Below are positions 11,491 through 24,856 of a DNA stretch of 64,000 nt, one piece after another (positions within the stretch are counted from its first letter, which is position 1; every line of letters begins with the position of its first letter). The notes under the pieces are model-generated. The model did no database searches. It saw nothing but the letters and a program-made list of their open reading frames with translations, and was not told where the DNA came from. Made by a program: the position numbers and the translations under genes. Origin of the DNA: Macrostomum lignano (taxonomy: Eukaryota); NCBI GenBank assembly GCA_002269645.1, contig NIVC01001502.1:177571-241570 (forward strand). The letters run 5' to 3'.

Positions 11491-14400
11491 TCACATGTCC
11501 GTCTCGCTGTCCTCGGAGTCCACCGCGTAAGATGGTCGCAGTCGGTTTAGCCGATTCGGGAAAATGATTGTCTCGCGCCTCTGCCTGAGGAATGGATCCT
11601 GCATTCCATTGGCGTGTTTTTTAATGTTAGATTTCAGATGGCACTGACTGGACAGCCAGAGAGAGACGGCAGACGGAACAGACTGACAGAGAGCTGATAG
11701 AAGCCAAGGCATTCACGCAAATAGACATCCTTACAGGCAGACACACGGACACTAAGACAACCTTACAGGCAGACATGCATACACTATAAGACATCCTTAC
11801 AGACGGACATTCAGACACTAAGACACTCTTACATGCAGACATGAGGACACTAAGATATCCATACAGACAGACATGTGGGAACTAAGACATCCTTACAGAC
11901 AGACATTCAGACACCAAGGCATCCTTACAGGCAGACATACAGACACTAAGACACCCTCACATGCAGACATGCGGACACTATAAGACATCCTTACAGACAG
12001 ACATGCGGACACTAAGACATCCTTACAGAGACATACAGACACTAAGACACCCTCACATGCAGACATTCAGACACTAAAGCATCCTTACAGGCAGACATGT
12101 GGACACTAAGGCATCCTTACAGGCAGACATGTGGACACTAAGACATCCAAAACAGAGACTCACATCGGATTTGACATCCTCCGGCACAGCCAGCCGTCGA
12201 AGCGGCTGTCCGTCCTTGCCGTCGCACACGTGTTGGTGATGATGGTGATGCCAGTCGCCGGACTCAGTCACGTTGTCCAAGTCGAACTGGTCAGTGCCGC
12301 CAGACTGCACGTTCAAATCGAAGCTGTTGTAGAGGAAGGGCAGGCGGTTGTGCAGACTCTTGGCCAGCGCTTTGATTCTCAATTTGCGCTTCTCGCTAGC
12401 CAGCAGGCGACGGCTGAGCTCCCGGCCGCTCACCAGACCAAGGAGGGTGGCGGTCACAACCTGTGGGTTCGGTTTCGAGTCCATTGGTCTTGCTGTAACT
12501 GTAACATTCGAGACCAACAAGGGTAAGGTAGGGGTGTGGAGAACCGGTCAGTGGTAAAGTTCCAGCAGTTCCTTAAGGGTTACATGCCTGATGATGGAAA
12601 GTAAGGCTCATTTTACACCCTGTCAACCCCCAAGGCACAGTGAAGGAACGGCTAGGGCCGCTGTACATCTTCACTCCTGTGAAGATGTGTGCCTGTGCGT
12701 ATGACTGCGTACGGATCCGCGCGGTTGTGTGCATGCTCAGGGGAGTCGGCGGAATGGGCAGTAATGCCTCTCGCCGGTTGCGACGTGCGCCTACGAGCGT
12801 ATGTATTCAAATTCATGCACTTTCCATGGGTCAGCAATACGTTGGTCATCTTGATTTGACAGCCCTCTGCAAAGTTACTAGCTGGCGAAGGTTGCAGTTT
12901 CGGCCCTAAATTCGAACCAGAAACTATTGAAGCAGTTTAGGGGTAGCAAAATGTACCCTCGTAAAAAACCTTGATTTCGCATTAACCATTGAACGAGCCG
13001 TGGATAAATCTCTTTGGCCGATCACGGTCAACACAGTTTGTGATTGGTTTCATGGAAGGAGTTTAAACCGGGTATCATATGTTGTCGCCAAGGACACTTA
13101 CGAGCCAACAGTGGTTAAAGCAGAGCGTGGATGGTTGAATGCTAAAATCTTACGGAAGCAACTGTACCGAAAGCCCTTCTCTGAACCTAAAAGATCCTTC
13201 ATAACATTGGGGACTGCCAATGCAAGTCAAGCTGCCTCCTCGTATTTAGCTCACGTGCTTTCCAATCGAGTCCAGTCGAACGCTGCGAATTTCCAGCTTC
13301 TCCTCGTCCTCGAAGTCGCCTTGCTCCATGGTGGATCCGGCGGCTGCCAGCTGCTGCAGCTGGCGACGCTTCTTCAGCTTTCGTTTGCACACGGTGCTCC
13401 ACCGCATCATTGAGTCTGAATTTGTTATCGAAGCCGAATAGAAAAATGCTGATATATAAAGGGTGACGCAAAAACGGATGAAAATTGAACGGTCTCTAAT
13501 CCATTAGCAGGCTGGCTAAAAAGTCTGACTCACACGTCATGTCAATGAAACCGACGCAGTTCGTCCAAGTCTTCACCTCCGCGTCCGCATTGATCTGCTG
13601 CACGTCGCCAACAATGAGACCGATGAACAGATTCATGAGCACTATCGGCATGGTCACCACGAAGAAGAAGTACACGAACCGAGTCAGAACATCGTCATAA
13701 ACCTGCAGACGGGTGTTGGGAGATCATTGGAATAATGGTAGGTCAGTTTGGGATGAATGGATATGATGCGAAGCTCTTAATTAATTGGTCGGTAACAATT
13801 GTACTTGCGCTCTGAAAGCATTGCAATTGGGAGCCGGGAGCCACTAGGCAGACACCTAACTATACGAGCGTACATTTAGAGCTCTCAGACCAGTCAGTTC
13901 TAATTAATTTCAGGTAAGAGAGCTCCGCAGCTCAAGTGGTCTAATGCGACGGCAGGCAATGTGCTATGCAATTATGGCCAAAGTTAATCGCGTAATGACA
14001 TTATGGCGTTGAAATTACAGTCACAAAACTTTTAGAATACCTTAGCAGAAAAAGCCAGAGCTATTTAATTACAAAATAGTGGTCTAAAGAGACTATACTC
14101 ACCAGCTTCTGATCCTTCAAATCGAGCTTTCCATCGTCCCTGTTGTAGATTGCACTGAAAATGTCATTGTAATCCAATCCACCCGTCATCATGTCGAAAA
14201 CTTTGAAAAACGACACCCAGTAATTTCTGAAGTTGTAATGATTGTAGAGCAGCATGTGGAAGACTTGAACGAAGGCCATGATGAAGCTAAGAAAAGAGAT
14301 GAGCACGCCCATGCCAGTCTTCACGGACGTGTAGAACATCATGACGTAAGTGCTGAACACTTGGAAGCGGGAAAGGTAGAAGAACATCATGCTCCAGGCT

Positions 14401-17400
14401 AGAAAGGCGGCAACAACTGACACATTCCATTGCCAGTTCTCTCTGAAGCCACTGGACCAGGGGCATTCGGACACGTTGATGCACGAGAGCAAGATCAGGG
14501 TGTACATGGTAAGCTCAATTAGATTCTGGAACCAGCCCTTGAAGTACTGTCGGGTACTAGTGACAGCTTGGTAGATCTCTTTGAGTATGCAAGCCGCTGT
14601 GATGGCCAGCAGCACGTACTGGGCGGGCGTGATCCAGAACCAGCCGCGGTCCCAGTCGTACACGGGGCAGCGATTGAACCGTGGCTCGCTGCCGTTCAGG
14701 CAATGGGCAGAGTCCAACAGGCGGCCGTTGCACACTTCGCAGCTGGAGTTGAAAGACCTGCAGTCGGCGGAGTGGTGAACGAAGAAGCCGATTTCGGGGC
14801 ACTTGGCGTAGGGACAGTTGAAGTAGCCCGTGACCCGGTAGGACTCCGGGGTGCGCATCAGATGAAAGCCGGAATAGTAGCTCGCCTCCGACCTGGGGTT
14901 GTTGGTGACCCAGGTCAGGTGGCCGACCAGCAGAGCCAGGTAGGCCAGGTGGAACAAGTTCATAAACACGGCGACAAAGAAGGAGCCGACGTAGAAGCGC
15001 TCGAGGTACTGAGTAACCATCGGGTGACTTTTCAGCGTAGCGTTTCCGGCCATGACGCGCATAAGGCGGGAGTTCATCCTATCCGGTTCACCGTCGGGCT
15101 GGCGGAAAATGCCCTGCTCCATGCGCACGGCTTCAACTATCAGCTTTGGTTTCTTCTTTTTTTCAGCGGCCTTGCTTTTCTTCTTCGAAGCGACTCCTTC
15201 AGTCGGCTGGTCTTCGGCCGTCTCGACGTCCACCGCCTGCGTGATGATGTCGCAGGTCAGGAAGTAGTCGTACACCAGCACTAGAATCGAAAGTGCATCG
15301 TCGTCGTCGATTGCTAATTTGAGCAGGCCGATGTGATGCCGTTGGACATACTCATGCCAGTACCGCTGGATCACTGAATCCCTGGGATCGTGTCTGTTCT
15401 CATGTGCCTTGTTCTCAAATGCCAGGTTGTCGCGGGTACCATGACTGTGACCGCCTCCGTGCCCGTTTGGGGGCGCTAAATGTTCCGCATTGTCCAGGCT
15501 GTCGTGGTGATGGCCGTGGCTTTCGCATGGCGTCTTTGAATTGAGCATCTCCAAGAGCTCTGGGAACTTTTGAATGCTCTCCAAGATGGTTGATGAACTG
15601 ACATTCATCAGAACTGCAGGAAACCGTCGCATCAGGTCCAGCACCAGAATTGATACGCCAAAAGACAGAGCCAGTGACAGCGCACTGATGCTCACATCTC
15701 GGTCATCGACGTCCTTGAGCGTGAAGCTGTGACCAGGATCGATGCCCTCGCTGAGCAGAAAGTTGAAGACTTCCATGAACTGGCGGACTCGTTCCTCTTC
15801 CAGGGTGCCGTCCGCCTCCATCTCCTTGAGACCCGCGCCGCAGATCTCCACGAAAGCCATTAGCAAGGTGTAGCGACCCATCACCTGGCATTTCATGTTG
15901 AAACCCTTGCCTTTCAGCGTCTTCAGCGCCACCAGCAGCATCTTGTAGCGCTGATTAAAAGTCCGCATCAGCACTACGGCCAAGTTGCAGCACTTCTTGT
16001 CGCGAATGTTCAACCGAAAACTGTCCGGCATCTTGCGCAGCAGGCTGAGCGACAGCCAGCCGGGACAGCTGGGCTCGAAGGCTGCGAATATTGACACCTT
16101 GCCGTCCACCACGGCGTTCAAATCGAACTGGGCCGCCTCAATTACATCCAGATACTCCGGCAGCAGGCGCGACAGCTTCTCTTTGGGCAGCAGAGACTCG
16201 TTAAAGTCGGTCTCCCTGAACAGGAAGTGGATCATCCAGTGGAACAGGCTGTCCTTGTAGCGCTGCCGACGAATCGAATCGGAGCTGGTCGAGGCGGCGA
16301 AGCTGCTGAGCGACTCCAAAACGAGGCCCAGGCTGGTGGGACTCAGGGAGGCCCTCTGGTTGGCGTCGTCAACTACGGGCGACAGTTTCAGCTCCCAGCG
16401 CACGCCCTGGATCAGCGCCATGGACAGCTGAGAGGGAAAAGTGATGGGAAAGTATGAGTCATCAACCAGAAATTGCCGAGTCTTAGTAGTAGCAGGGATT
16501 TAATGCTATGCTGCTGATTCTCCGTTATACAACCCATAGGCTCAGGTAGCAGCACTACAAGCCAGGTATTAATAATTCATCCAACAGACGCAGTACACAA
16601 GCTTATTGTTCTAATGGTTAATTATTAAGTTAGAGGGCAGCGCATCTACACGGGGTCCATGCACAGAAAGTTGGTCGCATGTGAAACCCTTTTTTACTAT
16701 GGTCATGCAGGCCGAAATTGATCGTATTATCATAGAAAGGAGCTGATAAACACTAATTTAAACAAAACAGAATGTGCTTTGTTGTCGTTTGAAGACGTCT
16801 CGGATTAACTAAAAAGTTTTCTACCTTTTTTGATTATAATAAAAATGCTACTAACTTGAGCAAGGAAGGATTCATGCTCGCTCTTTGTACTGTGTATACA
16901 GTTGATCTCAACCTCAAACAGCTACTCGTTCCCGACCATATAATCGTTACCTAGAGACGTTAGTCTGTCATAAAGAAAGAAAAGTCCTTTTCGACCGCAG
17001 TACAATAATGACGTGCCCACTGTGGAAGAGCTCGAGTGCTACAGTTGGCAATTCCGCATTGGCCCCAGTGCGGATCAAGGACTTCACTTGAAAGAATTTG
17101 TCACTCAAACCCAACCCCACCCTGATCCCAAACTGCTCTGCACTGTACAGTAAAGCTGCTTAACTGACACAACGAAAATTATAATTGTCAACCTCCAATT
17201 TCTTTTTGAAATGAAAAGTACGCTTTTTACACTTCAATCATCAGGCAGTCAATACTTTCAATCAATTACTCTACTTTTTATGCATCAGTTATACCCCGCA
17301 CCTGTCATTCCCCACCTGCAATATGCTTTCTCACCTGTTGCACGCTGGGAAAGATGCTGGAGATGCTCACGTGCCTGGAAAAGTGCTTGAGTAGAGTTCT

Positions 17401-18726
17401 CACAGTCGCTGGGGGGATTTGCGGATTGCGCAGCATCTGAACCACAACGTTCATCTCCATGTCAAGCGACTCTTCGCCCAGTTCCTTCATCTCGCTCTGG
17501 TGCGGGTCGCTGAGCACCGAGGCACCGGAGGCCGTGAGCAGCTCGCAGGCAATCTCCAAGATTTCCTGTTCGGTCCGGAACGTGCAACTTAGGCAGTTGA
17601 TCATGACGCTAAGATCAACCTTGGCGTCGGCTCTAATTAACGACTGAACCAGGTGGCAGAGTTCGTGCCCGCTGAAGTGCTCGCTGCCGATGAGCACTTC
17701 CAGGCAGCTGCGCTTGTCAAAGTACGCGGTGTCCGGGGTGGCCCCGCGACTAAGCAGGAAGGCCACCAGCTCAGAGGCCACCGCTGGGTCTTTGACGTGC
17801 GAGATGATGGCGCAGATGAGGTTCTCCGACTTGCCTGACGCGTCCAGCTCGCCGGTGAGAAACGGCTTTGGTAGGCTTTGCAGCAGCACGAACAGCATCG
17901 CGGTGGTGTCCACGCTGCAGGCCTTCATCAGCGGCGTCAGCCTCTGCGCCGTGCGCTCCTGCTGACGCAACAACGACTGCAGCGTCGCGTGGCCGAGGCA
18001 ATCCTTCGTCAGCAGGTTGGTCAGCAGAAACGGACTCTCCAACTCAATGCTGGCGTGCAGGAGGTTTCGCCCTTCCTCGTCGGTGTCGGTGAGCTTTCTT
18101 AGAAAGCCGTGCCTGACCAGCCAGTCGAATGAGTCGAAGGAGTCGCGCAAAGTGACCATGAAGTAGCTGGGCACGGAGCGCCAGTTGAATCTGCGCTGTT
18201 CAAGCGCGAACACGGAGTCCTCGGGCAGGTCCGATTGCGGTGCAAAATCGATGCACAGATTGACTTTCTTGGCGAACAGGCTGACAGAGAGGATGTCGTG
18301 CGTCTGCAGGAGCTGCAGCACCCGGGGACTGGCGCACAGGCAGAATATGTGGCCAAGGAACATGTTGCGGCAGGCGATCTTCACGCCGGATCGCGTGTGG
18401 AGCTCGATTTTGAAGCCGGACAGCCTGGTGCTGAGGTCGCGCAGCTGCGTCAGGAACTCGTGCATGCGGTTGTAGTTGTCCTCGATGATGGCCGTCATTA
18501 GCTGGCTGAGCTGCGGCTCGGTTTTCAGCGACCAACCGCTGCGGGTCTTCAACTCCTCCGGGAGGGCGTCGCCGCGGTTCATGAGGCTGAACAGCGGCTG
18601 GCTGGTGTCCAGGTGCTCCCGATCCACCAGGTTCGACACCGAGGCAAACCGGCTGGCTGCGCCGAGCCGTCCGCCCTGGGAGGTGGCCTCCGAGCGGGTG
18701 GTCGACCAGCGCGGAGAGTTTGCCAT
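11491..18726 (-). CDS. Ankyrin-repeat TRP channel, TRPA-like. Predicted exons: 18726-17335, 16427-14103, 13702-13534, 13448-13255, about 12498-12164, 11643-11491 (last three tentative)
   Basis: Exon 1 has ankyrin-like motifs (GRNLLHASIELE, LTPLMKAC). The phase-0 junction CAG|gtgaga...ttccctctcag|CTG joins exon 2, which carries S1-S5 and the pore helix (VFDMMTGGLDYNDIF). Exon 3 reads VYDDVLTRFVYFFFVVTMPIVLMNLFIGLIVGDVQQI, the TRPA-type S6 signature (MPI.LMNL.IGL.VGD). Canonical GT-AG sites; phases agree except at exon 4/5. Confidence 0.85.
11725..12150. repeat. About 32-bp minisatellite (gacactaagacatccttacaggcagacatgcg-like) in the last TRP intron
   Basis: Directly visible tandem units inside predicted intron 12163-11644. 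Confidence 0.9.
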
Positions 18727-20179
18727 TTTCCTTTGTCTTCCAAGATGATCAACTGTGCGACTTCCGAGGTGAGCTGTCCAACGCGGCCGCTCTACTCGGT
18801 AAGCATTTGCTCGTATTTTTCTCTAAATATAAAGCCGTGGCCAGCCACCGCGCCAGGTAGCGCTTCAATTGGCCCGGCCTATGAGCTAAAATACGGGGCG
18901 GGACAGAGTCGGTTGAGACCCTTTTTTGAGCAGTGCTGGACAGTGGACAAGGGGGTGGATGGTGGCGCGACCGCTTCAAGTCCGTCCCATTGTCCAATAA
19001 TAGCATTGCCTGTGCACCTTAACTAATGCTGCTGCACCTTCAGCGCTGCGCATTAAACAAAATGCAGTTTAAGAGGTCTAGTTAAACTAGAGAGACAGAG
19101 AAAAGACAGGAGAGCGGCAGGGGTTAGGAGGGCTGCTGAGGGGACGAGGTCCGTGCATCTGCATAGCTAAGGCCCCACTAGTTTGGCATAACAGCTAGCC
19201 GCGCTGCAGTAAAAGAATTAATTCCTATACACTAAAACTGTTTCACTGCTCACAAATTGCTGTCATGCGGGCGGGGGTGCACAGGCATCAACGCCTCGCA
19301 GTTTACTGTTTTTCTACTAGAAAAATGAGTCACTTTATCTTTTACAAGCAGTACGCAATTTTTTGATATTTATTGTTTTCATTTTAATTCAATTTTCTGA
19401 TAAAATATTGGTTTTGCTTTTAAAATGATTAATTTCCCTTTAATATTAGGAGTTCCAGTTATATTCGGCTGCAATTGCAAGCATTGGACAGGCAAACACT
19501 TCTGGAAGAGCAGCGAAGCCATGCAGTCAATAAAATAGAATAAAGAAAGTAGACCAACTAGAAGGAGTTCCATCAACCCAGCGATAGACACAGAATGCTA
19601 AGGTCAGTTAAAGAAACAATGCAGGAGCAGAACGGTCAGGCAACCCCTTAGGGCATTAGCAGGGCAAATAGAACTCGCATCATCCACTTCTCCAGACACC
19701 CCTGGGGTTCTCTATCGCTCTCATCTTACCTTCAAGATGAAGCAACCCCCCGCCCCGAGTTTGTTTGCGCACACACAAAGCTGCACCAGTGCTGAACCGC
19801 ATCTGCCCTCCCAAGGCCGGACTTAAACAACACGCTTTTCTATACCCTACCATCAAGCACCCCATCTGCCGAAAGCACTCAAACTTAGGGACTAAATTGA
19901 GTAAAGTTCAGAATTGTGGCCTTTAGTTTACGGATCGAATGATTATACCTTCTAGCAATATACAATAACACTGCTTTTGTCAGGTCAAGCTGATAAAAAC
20001 AAATTAATAAAGCAGCTCGCAGTTTCCTTCCTCGAAAGCAACTACAAATTTTGTGCTGAAAAATTGAAAACCTCCATTGTTCGTAGATTTCAGGTAAAAC
20101 CTGCCTCCGAATCATTTTCAAGAAACGAAACGTATTTTCCCGTACTTCTACTTGAGAAAGCATTGACTGCGAGCTGTCC

Positions 20180-22321
20180 GCTGGCTTTTTATCAGCCTGA
20201 CTGGCTTTTTATCAGCTTGACTGGCTTTTCATCAGCTTGACTGGCTTTTCATCAGCTTGACTGGCTTTTCATCAACTTGACTGGCTTTTCATCAGCTTGT
20301 CTGGCTTTTCATCAACTTGACTGGCTTTTTATCAGCTTGACTGGCTTTTCATCAGCTTGACTGGCTTTTCATCAGCTTGACTGGCTTTTCATCAACTTGA
20401 CTGGCTGTTTATCAGCTTGACTGGCTTTTTATCAGCTTGACTGGCTTTTTATCAACTTGACTGGCTGTTTATCAGCTTGACTGGCTTTTCATCAACTTGA
20501 CTGGCTTTTTATCAGCTTGACTGGCTTTTTATTAGCTTGACTGGCTTTTTATCAGCTTGACTGGCTGTTTATCAGCTTGACTGGCTTTTTATCAGCTTGA
20601 CTGGCTTTTTATTAGCTTGACTGGCTGTTTATCAGCTTGTCTGGCTTTTTATCAGCTTGACTGGCTGTTTATCAGCTTGACTGGCTTTTTTATCAGCTTG
20701 ACTGTCTTTTTATTAGATTGACTGGCTTTTTATTAGCTTGACTGGCTTTTTATCAACTTGACTGGCTGTTTATCAGCTTGACTGGCTTTTTTATCAGCTT
20801 GACTGTCTTTTTATTAGATTGACTGGCTTTTTATTAGCTTGACTGGCTTTTTATCAACTTGACTGGCTGTTTATCAGCTTGACTGTCTTTTTATTAGATT
20901 GACTGGCTGTTTATTAGCTTGACTGGCTGTTTATCAGCTTGACTGGCTGTTTATCAGCTTGAATGCCTTTTTATCAGCTTGACTGGCTGTTTATCAGCTT
21001 GACTGGCTTTTCATCAGCTTGACTGGCTGTTTATCAACTTGACTGGCTTTTTATTAGCTTGACTGGCTTTTTATCAGCTCGTCTGGCTTTTTATCAGCTT
21101 GACTGGCTTTTTATCAGCTTGACTGGCTGTTTATCAGTTTGACTGGCTTTTTATCAGCTTGACTGGCTGTTTATCAGCTTGACTGGCTTTTTATCAGCTT
21201 GTCTGGCTTTTTATTAGCTTGACTGGCTTTTTATCAGCTTGACTGGCTGTTTATCAGCTTGACTGGCTTTTTATCAACTTGACTGGCTTTTTATCAGCTT
21301 GACTGGCTTTTTATCAGTTTGACTGGCTTTTTATCAGCTTGTCTGGCTTTTTATTAGCTTGACTGGCTTGTCATCAACTTGACTGGCTGTTTATCAGCTT
21401 GACTGGCTTTTTATCAGCTTGACTGGCTTTTTATTAGCTTGACTGGCTGTTTATCAGCTTGACTGGCTTTTTATCAGCTTGACTGGCTGTTTATCAGTTT
21501 GACTGGCTTTTTATCAGCTTGACTGGCTGTTTATCAGCTTGACTGGCTTTTTATCAGCTTGTCTGGCTTTTTATTAGCTTGACTGGCTTTTTATCAGCTT
21601 GACTGGCTGTTTATCAGCTTGACTGGCTTTTTATCAACTTGACTGGCTTTTTATCAGCTTGACTGTCTTTTTATTAGCTTGACTGGCTTTTTATTAGCTT
21701 GACTGGCTGTTTATCAGCTTGACTGGCTTTTTATCAGCTTGACTGGCTTTTTATTAGCTTGACTGGCTGTTTATCAGCTTGACTGGCTTTTTATCAGCTT
21801 GACTGGCTGTTTATCAGTTTGACTGGCTTTTTATCAGCTTGACTGTCTTTTTATTAGATTGACTGGCTGTTTATTAGCTTGACTGGCTTTTTATCAACTT
21901 GACTGGCTGTTTATCAGCTTGACTGTCTTTTTATTAGATTGACTGGCTTTTTATTAGCTTGACTGGCTTTTTATCAACTTGACTGGCTTTTTATCAGCTT
22001 GACTGTCTTTTTATTAGATTGACTGGCTGTTTATCAACTTGACTGGCTGTTTATCAGCTTGACTGTCTTTTTATTAGATTGACTGGCTTTTTATTAGCTT
22101 GACTGGCTTTTTATCAACTTGACTGGCTGTTTATCAGCTTGACTGTCTTTTTATTAGATTGACTGGCTGTTTATCAGCTCGTCTGGCTTTTTATCAGCTT
22201 GACTGGCTTTTGATCAGCTTTATTGGCTTTTTATTAGCTTGACTGGCTTTTTATTAGCTTGACTGGCTGTTTATTAGCTTGACTGGCTGTTTATCAGCTT
22301 TATTGGCTTTTTATCAGCTTG
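20180..22321. repeat. 20-bp satellite (gactggctttttatcagctt)n, about 105 copies
   Basis: Directly visible long homogeneous array with point variants. Confidence 0.98.
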
Positions 22322-22949
22322 GTATTGAATCGCAGATAAAACAGTTTTTTAATAACAAAACAGCTTATAAAACAGATAGTTTCTAATATACTGCATCTAT
22401 GAATATTCATTACTCAGTATATATATTTATATATGCATTAATCTATGCAATAATCAGAACAATTATATTGTAAAAAAGCGAAACAAGGGAAAAAGCCAAG
22501 CTAGAAAAGCACGAATCAGTTGTTCTATTAATTCCGAGATTGCCAGGCCAGCAGGTCGCAGTGCAAAAACACAACGGGAAATAACACAAACAACAAAACG
22601 ATAGCAATGAGATGCAGACAGATACGAGACTCGAGATAGCAATTTTTGTGTAAGATAAAAAGGCCAGAAAACGAGAATAAATGAAAAGTTTACATTAAAT
22701 TTATAAAGTTTCGAACACCCGCAACTTTTTAGAACAGAAAACAATTTCAGATATACAAGTCTATACACGCTACTGAACAGATAAGTTAGTAGAGTATTGC
22801 AAAAAATACGTTTTAAAAATTACATTCGACCAAGAGACTGAAATAATATTTCTTTCAGAACCGACTCGAAGCAGATGCAAGCGCGCGCTCTGCCTGTACG
22901 ATATGTATAGAAAAACCATATTCTTGTGTGAAGCAAGTTGACTAACAGC

Positions 22950-23126
22950 TAGGATGGCAATTGTCCAGCATCATTTGGGAAGGACTGCAATTGTCCAGCA
23001 TCATTGGGAAGAATTACAATTGTCCAGCATCATTGGGAAGGATGGCAATTGTCCAGAACCATTGGGAAGGATGGCAATTGTCCAGCATCATTAGGAAGGA
23101 TGGCAATTGTCCAGCATCATTGGGAA
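22950..23126. repeat. About 29-bp tandem repeat (ggatggcaattgtccagcatcattgggaa), about 6 copies
   Basis: Directly visible. Confidence 0.9.
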
Positions 23127-23639
23127 TATACAATTAACCCAGACTGACCACACGTGCCACTGACCACCCAGACTCACGACAGACAGAACAGGCATGCAAA
23201 GACAAGACAGACAGAACACAAGGCGTGCAGATAAACAATGGATTAAAAGTGCATGAAAACTTGCATTATATCCATAATAATAAATGATTTTCATAGCGAC
23301 TAGAGATCAGCTGACTGCGAGTATTATTGCCAATAGCAAGGGATTGCGAATAGAAGAATAAAAAAGTGATAAGTTTTAAAAAAACAAGTACACAATGTAC
23401 TTTTGTAGCTGTGTTGTATATAAAATCTCGAAAAAGCAAAATATATAAATTTTGGATTGCACAACTAAATGAACTGCAGTAATATAGTCACGTCAGAGGG
23501 CTGATGTAATGGATTTGCATAATCATAAACTAGTTTCAATTGATTCAGGTAGAATTGTACACAGTGAAGCAATAAAATTGCTTACAATTTGTACTTTAAT
23601 TGATATACTCCAGTCTAAATATTTCGTAGATCACATCAC

Positions 23640-24362
23640 TGTACATACTGGGTACAGTACTTCAATGTACATATTGTGTACAGAACTTCAATGTACATAT
23701 TGGGTACAGTACATCAATGTACATATTGGGTACAGTACTTCAATGTACATATTGGGTACAGTACTTCAATGTACATATTGGGTACAGTACTTCAATGTAC
23801 ATATTATGTACAGTACTTCAATGTACATATTGTGTACAGTACTTCAATGTACATATTGTGTACAGTACTTCAATGTACATATTTTGTACAATACTTCAAT
23901 GTACATATTGGGTACAGTACTTCAATGTACATATTGTGTACAGTACTTCAATGTACATATTGTGTGCAGCATTTCAATGTACATATTGTGTACAATACTT
24001 CAATGTACATATTGTGTACAGTACTTCAATGTACATATTGGGTACAGTACTTCAATGTACATATTGGGTACAGTACTTCAATGTACATATTTTGTACAAT
24101 ACTTCAATGTACATATTTTGTACAATACTTCAATGTACATATTGTGTACAGTACTTCAATGTACATATTGTGTACAATACTTCAATGTACATATTGGGTA
24201 CAGTACTTCAATGTACATATTGGGTACAGTACTTCAATGTACATATTGTGTACAGTACTTCAATGTACATATTGTGTGCAGCATTTCAATGTACATATTG
24301 GGTACAGTACTTCAATGTACATATTGTGTACAGTACTTCAATGTACATATTGTGTACAGCAC
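23640..24362. repeat. 28-bp minisatellite (gtacagtacttcaatgtacatattgg/gt)n, about 26 copies
   Basis: Directly visible; explains the repetitive ORFs at 23509-24438. Confidence 0.95.
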
Positions 24363-24856
24363 GCCAATATACACATTTTGCAAAGTACTTCTTGTCCTAA
24401 ATAGGAAAAATTATTGTCCTATTAGAATTTTCCTATAAAAATTAGAGAAGGGAAAATTGAGAAGTCAAAAAACAGTCATTCATAATATTGACTGGACTGA
24501 TGAGAGGCAGCAACAACACGGCACAGTAGTTGAGAGTATTAACGAGGCTTGATAAACCTCATGACTGGACGAGTAATTAACAAATTCAATAAAAGCATAG
24601 TTAAAAAAATTAACAAAATTCTAAAATATTTTATAGTTAAGGGAGACGAAAAAGCAATTATTACATTTATTAAAAATATCTAATAATTATAATTAGAACT
24701 TCTATATATGCATAGATAAATTGCGTTATAATGAAAATAATATTGCTATTTAAAAAAGTGTCGGACATCAAGACAATCAAAAAGAATTATAGAGAATTAG
24801 GACACAGCGCAAGCATAGTAGAGCAAGAGTTGCCAGTCACACTGCAGACAGCTGGC

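Noticed and set aside
23509-24438. Long Tyr/Val/Cys-rich ORFs
   Set aside because: Translations of the 28-bp minisatellite; the same applies to ORFs at 9089-9718, 10964-11336 and 28475-28968.
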